This document shows positions 24,121 through 36,165 of a DNA stretch of 64,000 bases, piece by piece. This DNA comes from Podarcis liolepis (taxonomy: Eukaryota), in the NCBI GenBank assembly GCA_965112155.1, contig OZ218099.1, one strand, 5' to 3'. Every line of letters begins with the position of its first letter. The first letter of the stretch is position 1. The position numbers and the translations under genes were made by a program. The notes under the pieces are model-generated. The model ran no database searches. It worked only from the letters and a program-made list of their open reading frames with translations, and had not been told where the DNA came from.

Positions 24121-27100
24121 ATGAGTACTATAGGGTGCTGATGACGCAGTTCACAATTCCCAAAAATGTATTAAATGAGTGGATGTTCCCTAGCATGAAT
24201 AAAGGAGGACACTCAGAAATAACCATGCTGTTGCAGAAATCCCAAGCTAGGCAAATCACATTCTTTCCTCCAATAGTTCTTCTCCAGCTTGTAATCCAAG
24301 CCCTGCTCTGCTCATTTATCTCTCTGTGGATGGTGCAGGGAGGAAAGTCTCACTCCCTCTTTCTTTTAGCAATGTTACAAGGGTGACATTGTAAGCCCAG
24401 TTCAGCCCTGGACTTAATCCTAAGTAAGCACAAATATGATCTGGTTGGGTCCTTAACTCCAGCGTTTGCTCCACAGTTGAGGGAAACCACAAAACTCAAA
24501 ACACCACCACCTGTCATTTGGACACTTTAATATACTCTTATGACATAACATAAAAAGAACTGTGCTAGATCGGACCAAAGGCCTATCTAGTGCAGTTTAT
24601 TCTTCTAGTGGCCACTGGCCAACTAGCAGCTGGACATGAGTGGATTAGCACGCTCCCACTTGTAAATCCCAGAGGCATGCTACTTCTGATACTGACTAAT
24701 ATTCATTGAGGGCCATATCCTCCTGAATTGTGTATTTATACATTAATAAATAATAACAATGCATTTGTTGTCTGTGAGACAACATGCAGTGCCATCTTAA
24801 AAGAAGTACTGCATCTCTCTACCTCTGTGTGCTGCTGTTGCCATGTGTGGTATTGCATTGGGAGCTTCTTGGTGTGGAACTGAAGCAAGCTGTAAACCTT
24901 CCATCTCTTGAACGGCTTGCTTCATCTTGCTTGACTTATGATAAGGCTGCCTCTGTGTCCTATCCGAAATGTGATTATTTTGGCTGCACTAATATGGTGA
25001 CTGACTTTGTAGTGATCCCACTTTATTGACAAAGTTGAAGGTTAGGTGCCATGATGCATGTGACAAATGTTGTGTCTTCATGAGCAGGAGAGTTAAAACT
25101 CCTGTGAGGTGGTGGTAGTCTAGAATTGTGCATTTTGCTAATTAACAAGAGTTTTCTTTCTTCTGTGCTATCCCCTTTAATTCTGAAAGTTTAGAAGAGG
25201 GACATGATCAAGAGCCTTTATAGATACATGAGTAGCTGTCTAAATGCAGTGATTGGAAATTGCTTGGTTTTGTGGGTACATTTTTGTACATGGGAGAAGA
25301 GCACTCAGGTTTTTAATTAAACAAAGAGGGGGGCAATTATGCTTGGACACTTGACGAGCTTAAAAACTGAGGCTGTATTTTTTAAATATTAATGTTGTAA
25401 GAACAATAAAAGAAGATCATTATCAACAAGTTTCATACTTAGGTTAATAACAAAACCTGAATCAAATAACTATTATTGTGAAACAATATGATTTCTTTTA
25501 AAGTTAATGTTCATGAACTATTGGTTTTATTACTTTTTTATTCTGCGCTCTTCTCCAACCCTGTCATTGAAGGTTGTGTGCAAGGTCTTCTTCTCCTCAC
25601 AAAAAAAAAATCTGGAGGGAGGCTAACCATGTGGCTGGTCCAACTTCACCACTGAATGGCATGGCTGAGTTTCCCTCGTTCTAATCAATTTACCCATGAA
25701 GCAGTGACCTCTGTCACTGATGGTTGCTCGTGTTCCTCCTGTTCATATAGCTAGTAGTTATTGCCTTCTTGCTGCAGAGGCAAGCTGTACCTGCTCCTAT
25801 CCTTTCTAGCAAATAATACCATTCTTGATTTAAAATAAAAATAAAAATGTGTGCCATCTACATAATGGTGTTCCTGGAATATCTAACAGGCCAAATGGAA
25901 AGAGGGCCCATTGTGGTAGAAGGCTGTAGCTAGCCTTGTTGTCATTTTCTAGTACTTCCAAAAATAAACAAATAACCTATTTTCTGTATCTTAGCATTTT
26001 ATCTATAAACAAAGCATTACTAATGGCAAACAGTAGTTGTAAGGAAAAACAACCACCTTAGTTGCTGCTAGTACATAAAAGCACAAGTCCTGTGCATGTA
26101 TTCAGTGGGCCTTATTGCAGTGGGAGTTATTACTTGAAGTGGAACTTATTCCTTAATAACTTATTGCTGCAAATATGCAGAACGACAGTTTCCTTAAAAT
26201 ACAGGTTTCGGGGACATGCAAGGCTATTCTATGTTTGTTTGGAATGCAACATTCCAGTTTCATTACTCATGCTTTCTAGAGTCTTGTTTAATAATCTGGA
26301 AATTCATTTACCATTGGACACATTTTTTAAAAAAACAAATTTACAAGCCTTAAAAAATAATAATACTCAGAATATCCTTTAAATGTTTTGTAAAACAATT
26401 TTGTTGAGTTTACGTCTGCTGCTAATGGGTGATGTAATTAGAATACTGTGGATTGAACTAGTGCAATTTCACCCCCCACCCCCTGTATTTGACTACTGAT
26501 ATAAGAATTACCTGTACTTCTGAGACAGTAGCACTTTCAAATGAAGGGAGAAGTAATCTAGTGTTGCTCACTGGAAGGACATGGCATGGGGAGGGTCTAT
26601 AAATGTAAGGATCTATGTAGGGCATAATACAATTATTCTCACATCTATGTAGCATCAGGCTATGCACATTAGAGCAGTGTGCCTCTTTTCTGTAATTACC
26701 TTGTGTGCTATTATGTATGTGCAGCCAAGGCAGGCAAAAAGGGAGTTTTGTATTGTTCTGAGGGAATCCTGCCTGTATGAGGCAGAATCAAGCCCTAAGT
26801 GTAGGCAAATTTAGGAGTCAGGCCTAAAAACCCCCATGAAATTTGAGAATGAGATTTTTCTCTAACAAAATATATTAAAGGCTCCTAGCTTTGGTTGCTA
26901 TAGTGTGACAGTATAAACTATGTAAGTTCCACTGTATTCAGTGGGGCTTACTTAACCTTAGACATCTTTATTTTGGATGGAGCAGGGGGGAGAGAAGCAA
27001 TTTTGTTTTCTGCATGAATGTGTGTCTGTTCAAATGGCTCATGAATGAATGCTAATAGGGATATTCTTGTGCCCAAATAGTTAATATATAATGCAGATAT

Positions 27101-27140
27101 GTAGTTATTTGGGATGAAACAACTTGAGTGCTTTCTATTA

Positions 27141-27382
27141 CAGTGGTACCTCGGGTTAAGTACTTAATTCGTTCCGGAGGTCCATTCTTAACCTGAAACT
27201 GTTCTTAACCTGAAGCACCACTTTAGCTAATGGGGCCTCCTGCTGCTCCCGCGCTGCTGGAGCACAATTTCTGTTCTCATCCTGAAGCAAAGTTTTTAAC
27301 CCGAGGTACTATTTCTGGGTTAGCAAAGTCTGTAACCTGAAGCGTATGTAACCTGAGGGGTATGTAACCTGAGGTACCACTG
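27141..27382. mobile_element. Tigger/pogo-like MITE (CAGTGGTACC TIR)
   Basis: TA/CAGTGGTACCTCGGGTTA ... TAACCTGAGGTACCACTG/TA; near-identical to 40158-40373. Confidence 0.9.
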
Positions 27383-28045
27383 TATAACTAGCAGCTCTCT
27401 ATATTAATTAAGCATGCATGATATAGAGCATTTAAAAAATAGATTTTTAAAAAATCCAAAGACACTGATCATATTTCTAATCTTTTTCTTTAAGCGTTAC
27501 CTCAGCCCAGCCATATGCAGATTTAAGTGGGATGCACAGTGCAATCCTAAACAATGTCTATGAAGAAGCAGGTCCTATTGAGCTCAGTGGGTCTTAGTAT
27601 GAGATAAGCATGCAGAGGGTCACAGTCTAAGTCTATGGAAATAAATGCCTTTAAACCCATCTTAATGCTGCTGAGGATCAGACTGTATTGATATAAACTC
27701 CTTAAGCCACGAAGCAGACATCTCTCTGGTTTACTGAGTTCTTTTAAGATCTTAAGTTTTAAAGCATTTAAATGTTGATACACCCTAGAATAGGGTGGTG
27801 GCAGAGACACACAGTAAGGGTGGGTGCAAATGGTTAAATGAAAGCAGTTTCAGTGATGAATTAACAGTAGTTCTTAGTCTTCCAGCAAATATCTGGGATA
27901 ATTTTTGCATGTAGCCATGACACAGTTCCTTATTGTACATATATGTACCGTATTTTTCGCCCCATAAGACGCACCGGCCCATAAGACGCACCTAGTTTTT
28001 TGGGGGGGAAATAAAGGGGAAAAAAATTATTTCCCCCCCAGGTGC

Positions 28046-28758
28046 GCTGCGCTACACCAGGAGCTTGGGGCGTGCGGAGCTCAGCACGCCCCAAGCTTCT
28101 GCGTGCCGGCAAGCAGTCCGCTAGCCCTGGGAGAGCCGCGGGGCTCTCCCAGGGCTAGCGGATCGCTGCGCTACACCAGGAGCTTGGGGCGTGCTGAGCT
28201 CAGCGCGCCCCAAACTTCTAGGTGCGCGCAGCACTCCGCTAGCCTTGGGAGAGCCGCGGGGCTCTCCCAGGGCTAGTGGATCGCTGCGCTACACCAGGAG
28301 CTTGGGGCGTGCTGAGCTCAGCGCGCCCCAAGCTTCTGCGTGCGCGCAAGCAGTCCGCTAGCCTTGGGAGAGCCGCGGGGCTCTCCCAGGGCTAGCGGAT
28401 CGCTGCGCTACACCAGGAGCTTGGGGCGTGCTGAGCTCAGCGCGCCCCAAGCTTCTGCGTGCGCGCAAGCAGTCCGCTAGCCTTGGGAGAGCCGCGGGGC
28501 TCTCCCAGGGCTAGCGGATCGCTGCGCTACACCAGGAGCTTGGGGCGTGCTGAGCTCAGCGCGCCCCAAGCTTCTAGGTGCGCGCAAGCAGTCCGCTAGC
28601 CTTGGGAGAGCCGCGGGGCTCTCCCAGGGCTAGCGGATCGCTGCGCTACACCAGGAGCTTGGGGCATGCTGAGCTCAGCGCGCCCCAAGCTTCTGCGTGC
28701 GCGCAAGCAGTCCGCAAGCCCTGGGAGAGCCGCGTGGCTCTCCCAAGGCTAGCGGACT
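28046..28758. repeat. GC-rich minisatellite A, six ~119-bp units
   Basis: Units start at 28046, 28165, 28283, 28402, 28521 and 28640 (GCTGCGCTACACCAGGAGCTTGGGGC...). Confidence 0.95.
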
Positions 28759-28778
28759 GCTTGCGTGCACCTAGAAGC

Positions 28779-29200
28779 ACAGGCTGCCGCCCCAAGCCTC
28801 GCGCACCCGGTGGACCTCCTGCCGGGTGCGCGAGGCTTGCAGACACTCGCCCGAAGCAGGGGGAGCCCTCCCGAGGGCTCCCCGTGCTTCTGGCGACAGG
28901 CTGCCGCCCCAAGCCTCGCGCACCCGGTGGGACCTCCTGCCGGGTGCGCGAGGCTTGCAGACACTCGCCCGAAGCAGGGGGAGCCCTCCCGAGGGCTCCC
29001 CGTGCTTCGGGCGACAGGCTGCCGCCCCAAGCCTCGCGCACCCGGTGGGACCTCCTGCCGGGTGCGCGAGGCTTGCAGACACTCGCCCGAAGCAGGGGGA
29101 GCCCTCCGCAGGGCTCCCCGTGCTTCGGGCGACAGGCTGCTGCCCCAAGCCTCACGCACCCGGTGGGACCTCCTGCCGGGCGCGCGAGGCTTGCAGGCAT
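28779..29200. repeat. GC-rich minisatellite B, ~3.6 x ~118-bp units
   Basis: Units start at 28779, 28896, 29014 and 29132 (ACAGGCTGCCGCCCCAAGCCTCGCGC...). Confidence 0.95.
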
Positions 29201-29280
29201 TCGCCCCATAAGACGCACCCCGATTTCCCCTTCATTTTTGGAGGGGAAAAAGTGTGTCTTATGGGGCGAAAAATACGGTA

Positions 29281-29530
29281 CATTTGTACCTTGGAAGTCG
29301 AACGGAATTCATTCTGGAAGTCCGTTCGACTTCCAAAATGTTCAGAAACCAAAGTGCAGCTTCTGATTGGATGCAGGAAGTTCCTGCAGCCAATTGGAAG
29401 CCACGGAAGCCCCGTCGGACTTTTGGCTTCCAAAAATAGTTTGCATTCTGGAACAGTCACTTCCGGGTTTGCGGCGTTCAGAAGCCAAAACTTTCGAGAA
29501 CTAAGCTGTTTGAAAACCAAGGTACGACGG
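29281..29530. mobile_element. Tigger/pogo-like MITE abutting the previous element
   Basis: TA/CATTTGTACCTTGG ... CCAAGGTACGACGG/TA; shares the TA at 29279-29280 with the 27948 element. Confidence 0.7.
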
Positions 29531-29671
29531 TACTAGTTTTTGTAACAGCACTTTATTTATTCAGTTGCCGGCTGTGGTAGGTATGATAAACTTCCATCAA
29601 CACACATGAGCATTTGTTATTCTCTCTTATCAGTGTCTTATGTGACTTTATTAATACTGTATTACATTTAT

Positions 29672-30024
29672 GGGACACGGGTGGTGCTGTGGGTTAAACC
29701 ACAGAGCCTAGGACTTGCTGATCAGAAGGTAAGTGGTTCGAATCCCCGCAACGGGGTGAGCTCCCATTCCTCGGTCCCTGCTCCTGCCAACCTAGAGGTT
29801 TGAAAGCACGTCAAAGTGCAAGTAGATAAATAGGTACCACTCCAGTGGGAATGTAAACGGCGTTTCCGTGTGCTGCTCTCGTTCGCCAGAAGCAGCTTAG
29901 TCATGCTGGCCTCCTGACTGTATGCTGTATGTATGGCTCCCTCGGCCAATAAAGCGAGATGAGCGCCGCAACCCCAGAGTCGGCCACGACTGGACCTAAT
30001 GGTCGGGGGTCCCTTTACCTTTAC
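29672..30024 (+). mobile_element. Sauria SINE (different subfamily from the 4063/18721 copies)
   Basis: GGGACACGGGTGGTGCTGTGGGTTAAACCACAGAGCC ... CCCTTTACCTTTAC; TSD TATTRCATTTAT (29660-29671, 30025-30036). Confidence 0.9.
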
Positions 30025-30029
30025 TATTG

Positions 30030-30226
30030 CATTTATATCCCACCTTTCCTCTAAGGAGCTCAATTCCCCCTCTCCCCCTTTTATCCACACAACAGCCCTG
30101 TGAGGTAGTTTAGGTTGAGAGGCAGTGACAGGCCCAAGGTCACCAGGTGTGCTGGATCACCAAGTGGGGTTTTGAACCCCTGTCTCCCAAGTCCTAGTCT
30201 AGCACTCTAAGCATTACACCACACTG
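30030..30226 (-). mobile_element. MIR/Ther1-like (Squam3-type) SINE; related copies at ~11640-12190 (-) and ~19785-19910 (+)
   Basis: CACAAC-CCCTGTGAGGTAG...GGCCCAAGGTCACC...GAACCC...TACACCACACTG, a CORE-SINE-like reverse pattern. Confidence 0.65.
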
Positions 30227-33200
30227 GGAAATTCACTATTGGCCTTAGAGCTGTTATTGCTTATACCCAGCATACAAGTTTCTGTAGTGCAGTGCTGAGG
30301 AACCTCCAGACTGGGGGCCTAATTAGGTCCTCCAAGCCTCTTCATTTGGCCTGTTAAGCCATTTGGACCAAGCCACACCCATTTGTCGTACACCTGCTAT
30401 CACATAGTATCACATGCGACGTCAGGCATGTGTTGGGTAAACTAGTGGCTGGACCAATAAGGGGTTAGCAGGCACCGCTGATCACCTGATTGTTGACAGC
30501 TCCAAAATTCTATGTGCTGCTCTTTGCAAGTGAGCTTTTACAGAGCTGTGTGCAGTGCTTTGATGCCCCAACAACCAGCTGATTGCCAGTGCCCAATTGT
30601 TGAGGTTTGAGCCCACAGTGTTTACCACACAGGTAAAAGTTGGTCATCTGACATCAGATGATTGACAGTTCCCTTTTGATAGCTAGAGGTGGTAAGTGGC
30701 ATTTTGTGAGCCAGCTTTGCTCCCTTCAAGGGAACTTCCTGGCCCCTAAGCAGCCAACCCACATTCCCCCTTTTCTTCTTATTTTTTTGCATCTTTGAAA
30801 CTGCTGTTTCAGGCAATGGTAATTAAGAATGGGAAGGAGATAACTGATGCAGATGCTCCCCCCCTCCCCCAGCACTCCCCTCTTCCTCTTTTCTCTCCAC
30901 ACTGCTTGTGAGAGGGCGGGAGCGCAGATGAATGAGTAAAAAAGGATGGGTATGTTTTCATGTTTTCTCCCTCTTATCATTTATGCAACAGCTGCTTTCC
31001 AAAATGCTCCTTCCTGGAATGTGAAGAAAGATGAGAGGGAATTCTGGGCAAGCAGAGCCATTGTTAAGCAATGGCTTCTTGCTGCTAATAAGAAACATTA
31101 GGAAACTGTGTCACTCAGGGCTACAGTTCTCTACCAGAAGAAATGCAAGGGGGAAAGGAATGAGAGCTGGGAGTGGGGGGTGCGTCTTGAGAAATGGGCA
31201 GTGGAGAGATGGGGAAGGCGTTGCTTGCGAGAAGCCTATTATGGAATTAAATTGGTTTGTTCCACCACCTCCCAGCATCTTCTCAATGGAGTCTGCCACA
31301 GTTGTTAGAAAGTAAATTCTATTTTATGTGCAGGGCTGGGTCCAAGATATTTTGGTGCCAGGGGCAAAGGACAAAATTACACTTCTCTCCCATTCCATAT
31401 ACTAAAGGAAAACCAGAACTGAGAGCAGCAGACCAGCTGCACAGGGTGGATAGCATTATGCACACAGTTCTGTCTTCTACCATGAGACATTATTTGGGCA
31501 GTACTTCAGCATCTGAAATTTTTTTTTTTGGTCAGTTTAGTTGTCAGCAATCAAGCTTAAATACATATAAAATGTGACCCTCTTACTGGAAGATTAAGAT
31601 AGTTTCTGGGGTCTCCAGGTGGCCATTGTGGTGGAATGTGATAATTGTATGTACCGTAGGCTGAATCCCTGTTGCTGACTTAATAAAGCTGGCGACGCAA
31701 AAAGATAGGCCTGAACATAATGCATGACAGGACTCATCACAGCTGGAAGCTGCAAATATGCTTCCTGGTTGTTCCAAACATCACTGAGGTGTGGGCAAAT
31801 TAATAAGCACAGGTCTGGGTGGCACATGCTAGGCACATAGCTTTGGGTTTTTCCTTATTTCAGGTCCTAGTTTGAGTTTCCTGTCTTCCATTAATTTCTT
31901 CCCATGAAGATGAAAATGTATTTGTGATTCAATGTTGCCTCAAAGTGGTAGAAATCCATATCCCTTGGACACACCAGTTCTGATGTTTATTATTTTCACT
32001 TATTTAACAGAGCTATAGCATGCAGAAAAGCTCTGACTGAAACATAACGTACATGAGAGTATGTGGGTTGTGTTCAGTGTTCTCTATGAAATGTCTTCTC
32101 AGTTTCAAGAGTGCCTTGTGAAACCCATGTGTTCTTACCTTTAACAATATTATATTGATCCTGATGCTGTAGAGGAGCTTGAACCCTAAAACAAAATGCC
32201 ACTACATAATGTCTAGGACAAGGCATGCTGTGCCGAGATCACAATTTCAAACTAAGGCTTCTTTTTAAAAAATGGAAGTACTTTTCACTTTGGTGCTGTT
32301 TGTTTCTTTTAATCCTTGACACCAGTAGAGTACTACTGGAAGGAATATCTATGGTTCTTTTATGTTAAATTTCACCACAAATAATTGGTACGTATTTGTG
32401 AGGTTAAGCACGATAATAGCTGCTAACATCCTGGTTCATTACTTAGAAATGAAAGCCTACTAGTTATTTCTAGTAGAGTTTGTTGAGGACCAGAGCCTAA
32501 ACCACATGATCAACAAATAATTAGAAGTTGCCAAGAACTAATGCCTGCTTTATTCATGTCTGGAAGATAAGAGCATTTTCCTTTTGGCCTGGGAGATGCA
32601 TGCTCAAATCCCAGCCCAGTCAGTGTTGTTCAAAATCATTGTGCAAGCTGAAGGCAGTCATTTCATTGAAAGCCACTGAAATAATAACTGACTGCCACAT
32701 CTTTTCATGGTTACATGTTTAGAGGAGATGAAGCCTAATGCACTTGATAATTATAGGAAAAGCTTCATTTTAAGGCTCAGCTGGATATTGTACAGAGCTG
32801 TAATGCAACTGCCAAAATAAAAGTGACTATCTGAGAAACACTCTGATGATCAGTAGAATGATTCTTTTCTACAAATATAAACTGAATTTAATAGGCTGTT
32901 CATATGGGTATTAAAGTTTATTTGATATTGTTCCTGGCAACCTCTGAATTTGGTGTTGGAGAAGTATGTACAAGCTTATTAGTTCTAGGGCAGAGTGCAA
33001 TAAACAAAGAAAAAGAAAAGTTGAAAGGTGTTACCAGCCATTGATTGACATGCTAGGGCGTCATACTCAATTACTTCTAAGCTGTCCTCAGACAGAAGAA
33101 ATTGTGTATCCATCTGTTCCTCAAATTTGAAACAGAGTTTACAGTCAAGTGCACCAGCAGGCAGTTCTTAGTTCAGGACTCTGAACTAAAATGATATCCC

Positions 33201-33466
33201 TGACTAGAGAGGTAGCCACTCAATGGTACCAGCCAAATGATGCCCTGGTTTTTTTCTTTGAACTAGGAATCAATATAGGTTTTTAAGAAACAAACACTGA
33301 ATGTGGGCAGAATTTCTGTCCCATCAACAATTTCCTTGTAAAACTGCCAAAAGATTTCTTGGCTTTCTCACAGTGTTGTTATCAGTCCCTGGATTAGATG
33401 TGGAGCAGTGAGAGACGTACATCTTTAGGAACCCTCTGGAACTATGAAAGAATGTAATCCTGAGAA

Positions 33467-33522
<56 letters not shown>
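33467..33522. repeat. (GT)n(GA)n compound microsatellite
   Basis: Direct reading. Confidence 0.95.
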
Positions 33523-33525
<3 letters not shown>

Positions 33526-33563
33526 GGCATCATACTTTCCCCCTGCCCCAGAATGTATGGGGG

Positions 33564-33901
33564 CAGGGACGCGGACTTATAAAAAATATTGGGGGGGGGG
33601 GAGCTCATGAATAATAAATAAGCTCATGAATATGCAAATAAAGTGGCACCGCCTCCTCGTGAGTGAATAGGGGAGAGTGTGCTGCGCCTATTAATCAGCT
33701 CCGAAGGAAATTGGGTGGAGCTTTTGCTCGGGAGGGAGGGCAGGAGGCATGCAGCCCGACCCTGTGCATTTTGGGCTGGGGGAGGGGCGGCGATGGCGTT
33801 CTGCTGGAGGGGCGTCGGAGATTATTGGGGGGCGGAGCCCCCCCAAACGAATTTTTGAGGGGGCTCGGGCCCCCTCAAGCCCCATGGAGTCGGCGCCTAT
33901 G
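33564..33901. mobile_element. hAT-like MITE
   Basis: Imperfect TIRs CAGGGACGCGGACT / AGTCGGCGCCTATG; 8-bp TSD TATGGGGG (33556-33563, 33902-33909). Confidence 0.8.
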
Positions 33902-36118
33902 TATGGGGGAAATGGATTTTAACTTCTGTGTATTTTATCCATTGAGGATAAAGGAGGTTTGAGATGTGAGAGGTTGGATTGTGGGATAATTGGACTGGCT
34001 GGGGGTTGATTCATAGCAAGCCACTGATTCAAATGGAAATGCTGCTCACAATCAGCAGTGCAGGAAAATGGCCTGGATACTATTCCTCTCTAGTAAAGGA
34101 AGTATGATGAGTTGCCAGCTAATGCATAGATTAAAAAAAGAAATGATGGAAAGAAACTAAATTCTAGAAATGCTGCAGACAAGGAAGATCCATTCTAGAC
34201 TTGGACACCTATGAGATTCTGGCGATTCTATGCAAGTAGAGCATGAGAGTTGCACCCATAGCCCTGCAAATGAGGTCTGGGATTTTTAATTGGCAACAAA
34301 TTTATTAGAAAAACTCTGAAGCATCTGTAAATAGGTATTGCTGCTGCGTGAAGTGGTTCAAAACAGTGTGGGCTCCTGTAAGTCAGAGAATCATAATACA
34401 TAACCCTTGGTTTTTTGGACAAGCTTTAAAATGATTTACTTAGTTTATAGGTCTCAGATATGCATTTTCACTATGCAGCAGCAATAAAATAATGCAGGCA
34501 AAAATAATCTTAGTTGAAATTCAGCAAGATGGCACTCCATTATTTGCAGTGTGAAGAGTGGGGTGGATGACAGGAAACAGGCCTTATTTACTTCCTTTCA
34601 GGAGAAGAGAGAGTGTGGACTAAATTAGCTGACTGTAGCAATTAGAACTCTGTGGTCCTTAACTCCTTCATATACTAACTAGGAAATATGGATTGTTAGG
34701 TTTGACTGCAAATTTCCCACACCTGGGACCTTCTGCATGCAAAACAGAACAGATGTGTTACTTTCATCTCCTAGAAGGTGGCTCAAGATGTTCACCATTT
34801 TTTCCCTTCACGCCAATTCACCTAACCCAGCACTGTATCTGCCAAAATGGGGAAAAGGTGGGAGCCTGGACAATTGCCAAACTTCTCAAGCCCAGTGTGA
34901 CTTAGGCAGAAAACCTGTAAAATCCAGAAGTAATCAGGAACTCCAGGGGAGGAAAAATTCCTCTGTGGCTGCAACCAAAATTGGAAACCAGAAAAGGAAA
35001 AAAATCCCTCACTGGGTCAAGGGTAGGTGGGTGCGTACTGGTCAAGACCCCACCGCAGAGGCTGCACTGGATAAAACCAGTCCCAACCCGCATCCTTCCC
35101 ATCAAAACAAAACCAGTCATTTTGCAGTTAGTTCCAAGGTCATCTCTGGATGGTTGGCCGGGTGCAAACCATGTTCCCCTCCCCCCTGCAATTCTGAGGG
35201 AGGAGAAATAGTGTGATTTGATCTGCATGGAATGTATGTCACAGCAAACATGGTTATGGCAGCTAGCAAACAAAGTGTTTGTGCAATAAAGGGACAGTGT
35301 GAATTTCTGATCACGGGGGTGATATGAATGAGTGTTTACATCCATCTGAACTCTCATGTCAATGCTGCAGTCTTGCTGGGAAGCAGCTACAGTCTTCAAA
35401 CCACCCAGCTATGTGAGTGGGAGGAGATCGCTGATTACCATCAATTAGAAACTCAACATAGAGAATAGAAACTAGAAAGCTAGCATTAAAACTACATCCT
35501 CGGGCATGCTGCTAAATACGATTCCGTTCTTTTAGTAGCAGGCACTTATAGATATATTTATCTTTTCGCTTTTTGGGGAGGGCATGTAGGGAAGGAGCTA
35601 GAAAATATCTGAAGATATGTGCTTGGGGGGATATCTTATTACTGAGTACAAACTACACGTGCTTGTCTTTTGTGTTCTGTAAATATAAGCCAAGGGAAAG
35701 CCTGAGCAGCCTTGCCACTGTGGAGGATGGGGAAGAGAAATGTAACTCTTCCACTCCCTGACACAACTCTGACCATCTCAACATGTCTGGTAGTGCTGGG
35801 GAGCAGGAGTCTGTTGTCATTGTGCATGTCATCACCAATAACATGGGGGAAATGTAACCATGCAGTTCCTGAAGCAAAGGTTTCGATAAGAGATTAAAAT
35901 TCCATGTTAGGTATTGTTCAGGAAGAGATCAGAAATGAAGCTGCTAATATTATAATGCCTACAACGTGGCCACACTTGGCATGCTGTCTAAAGCTTTTGT
36001 CATTTTTGTCAAAACGGATACCGTGGAGCTGAAAAAGGCACAGAAAAAGGAAACTTAAAATGATCAGGAGCAACTCCCTATAATGAAAGGTTACAATGTT
36101 TGTGGTTTTTCAGATTAG

Positions 36119-36120
<2 letters not shown>

Positions 36121-36152
<32 letters not shown>
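36121..36152. repeat. (AC)n microsatellite
   Basis: Direct reading. Confidence 0.95.
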
Positions 36153-36158
<6 letters not shown>

Positions 36159-36165
36159 TTACCGG

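Larger units (their letters stand above)
27948..29278. mobile_element. pogo/Tc2-like MITE with two internal tandem arrays (6 x ~119 bp and ~3.6 x ~118 bp)
   Basis: TA/CCGTATTTTTCGCCCCATAAGAC ... GTCTTATGGGGCGAAAAATACGG/TA; perfect TIR and TA duplication. Confidence 0.9.

Noticed and set aside
28046-29200. CRISPR-like appearance (regularly spaced palindromic repeats)
   Set aside because: Whole units repeat with no unique spacers, the context is eukaryotic, and there are no cas genes.
28578-29536. Repetitive 122-262 aa ORFs on both strands
   Set aside because: These are translations of the GC-rich minisatellite; no transposase motifs.
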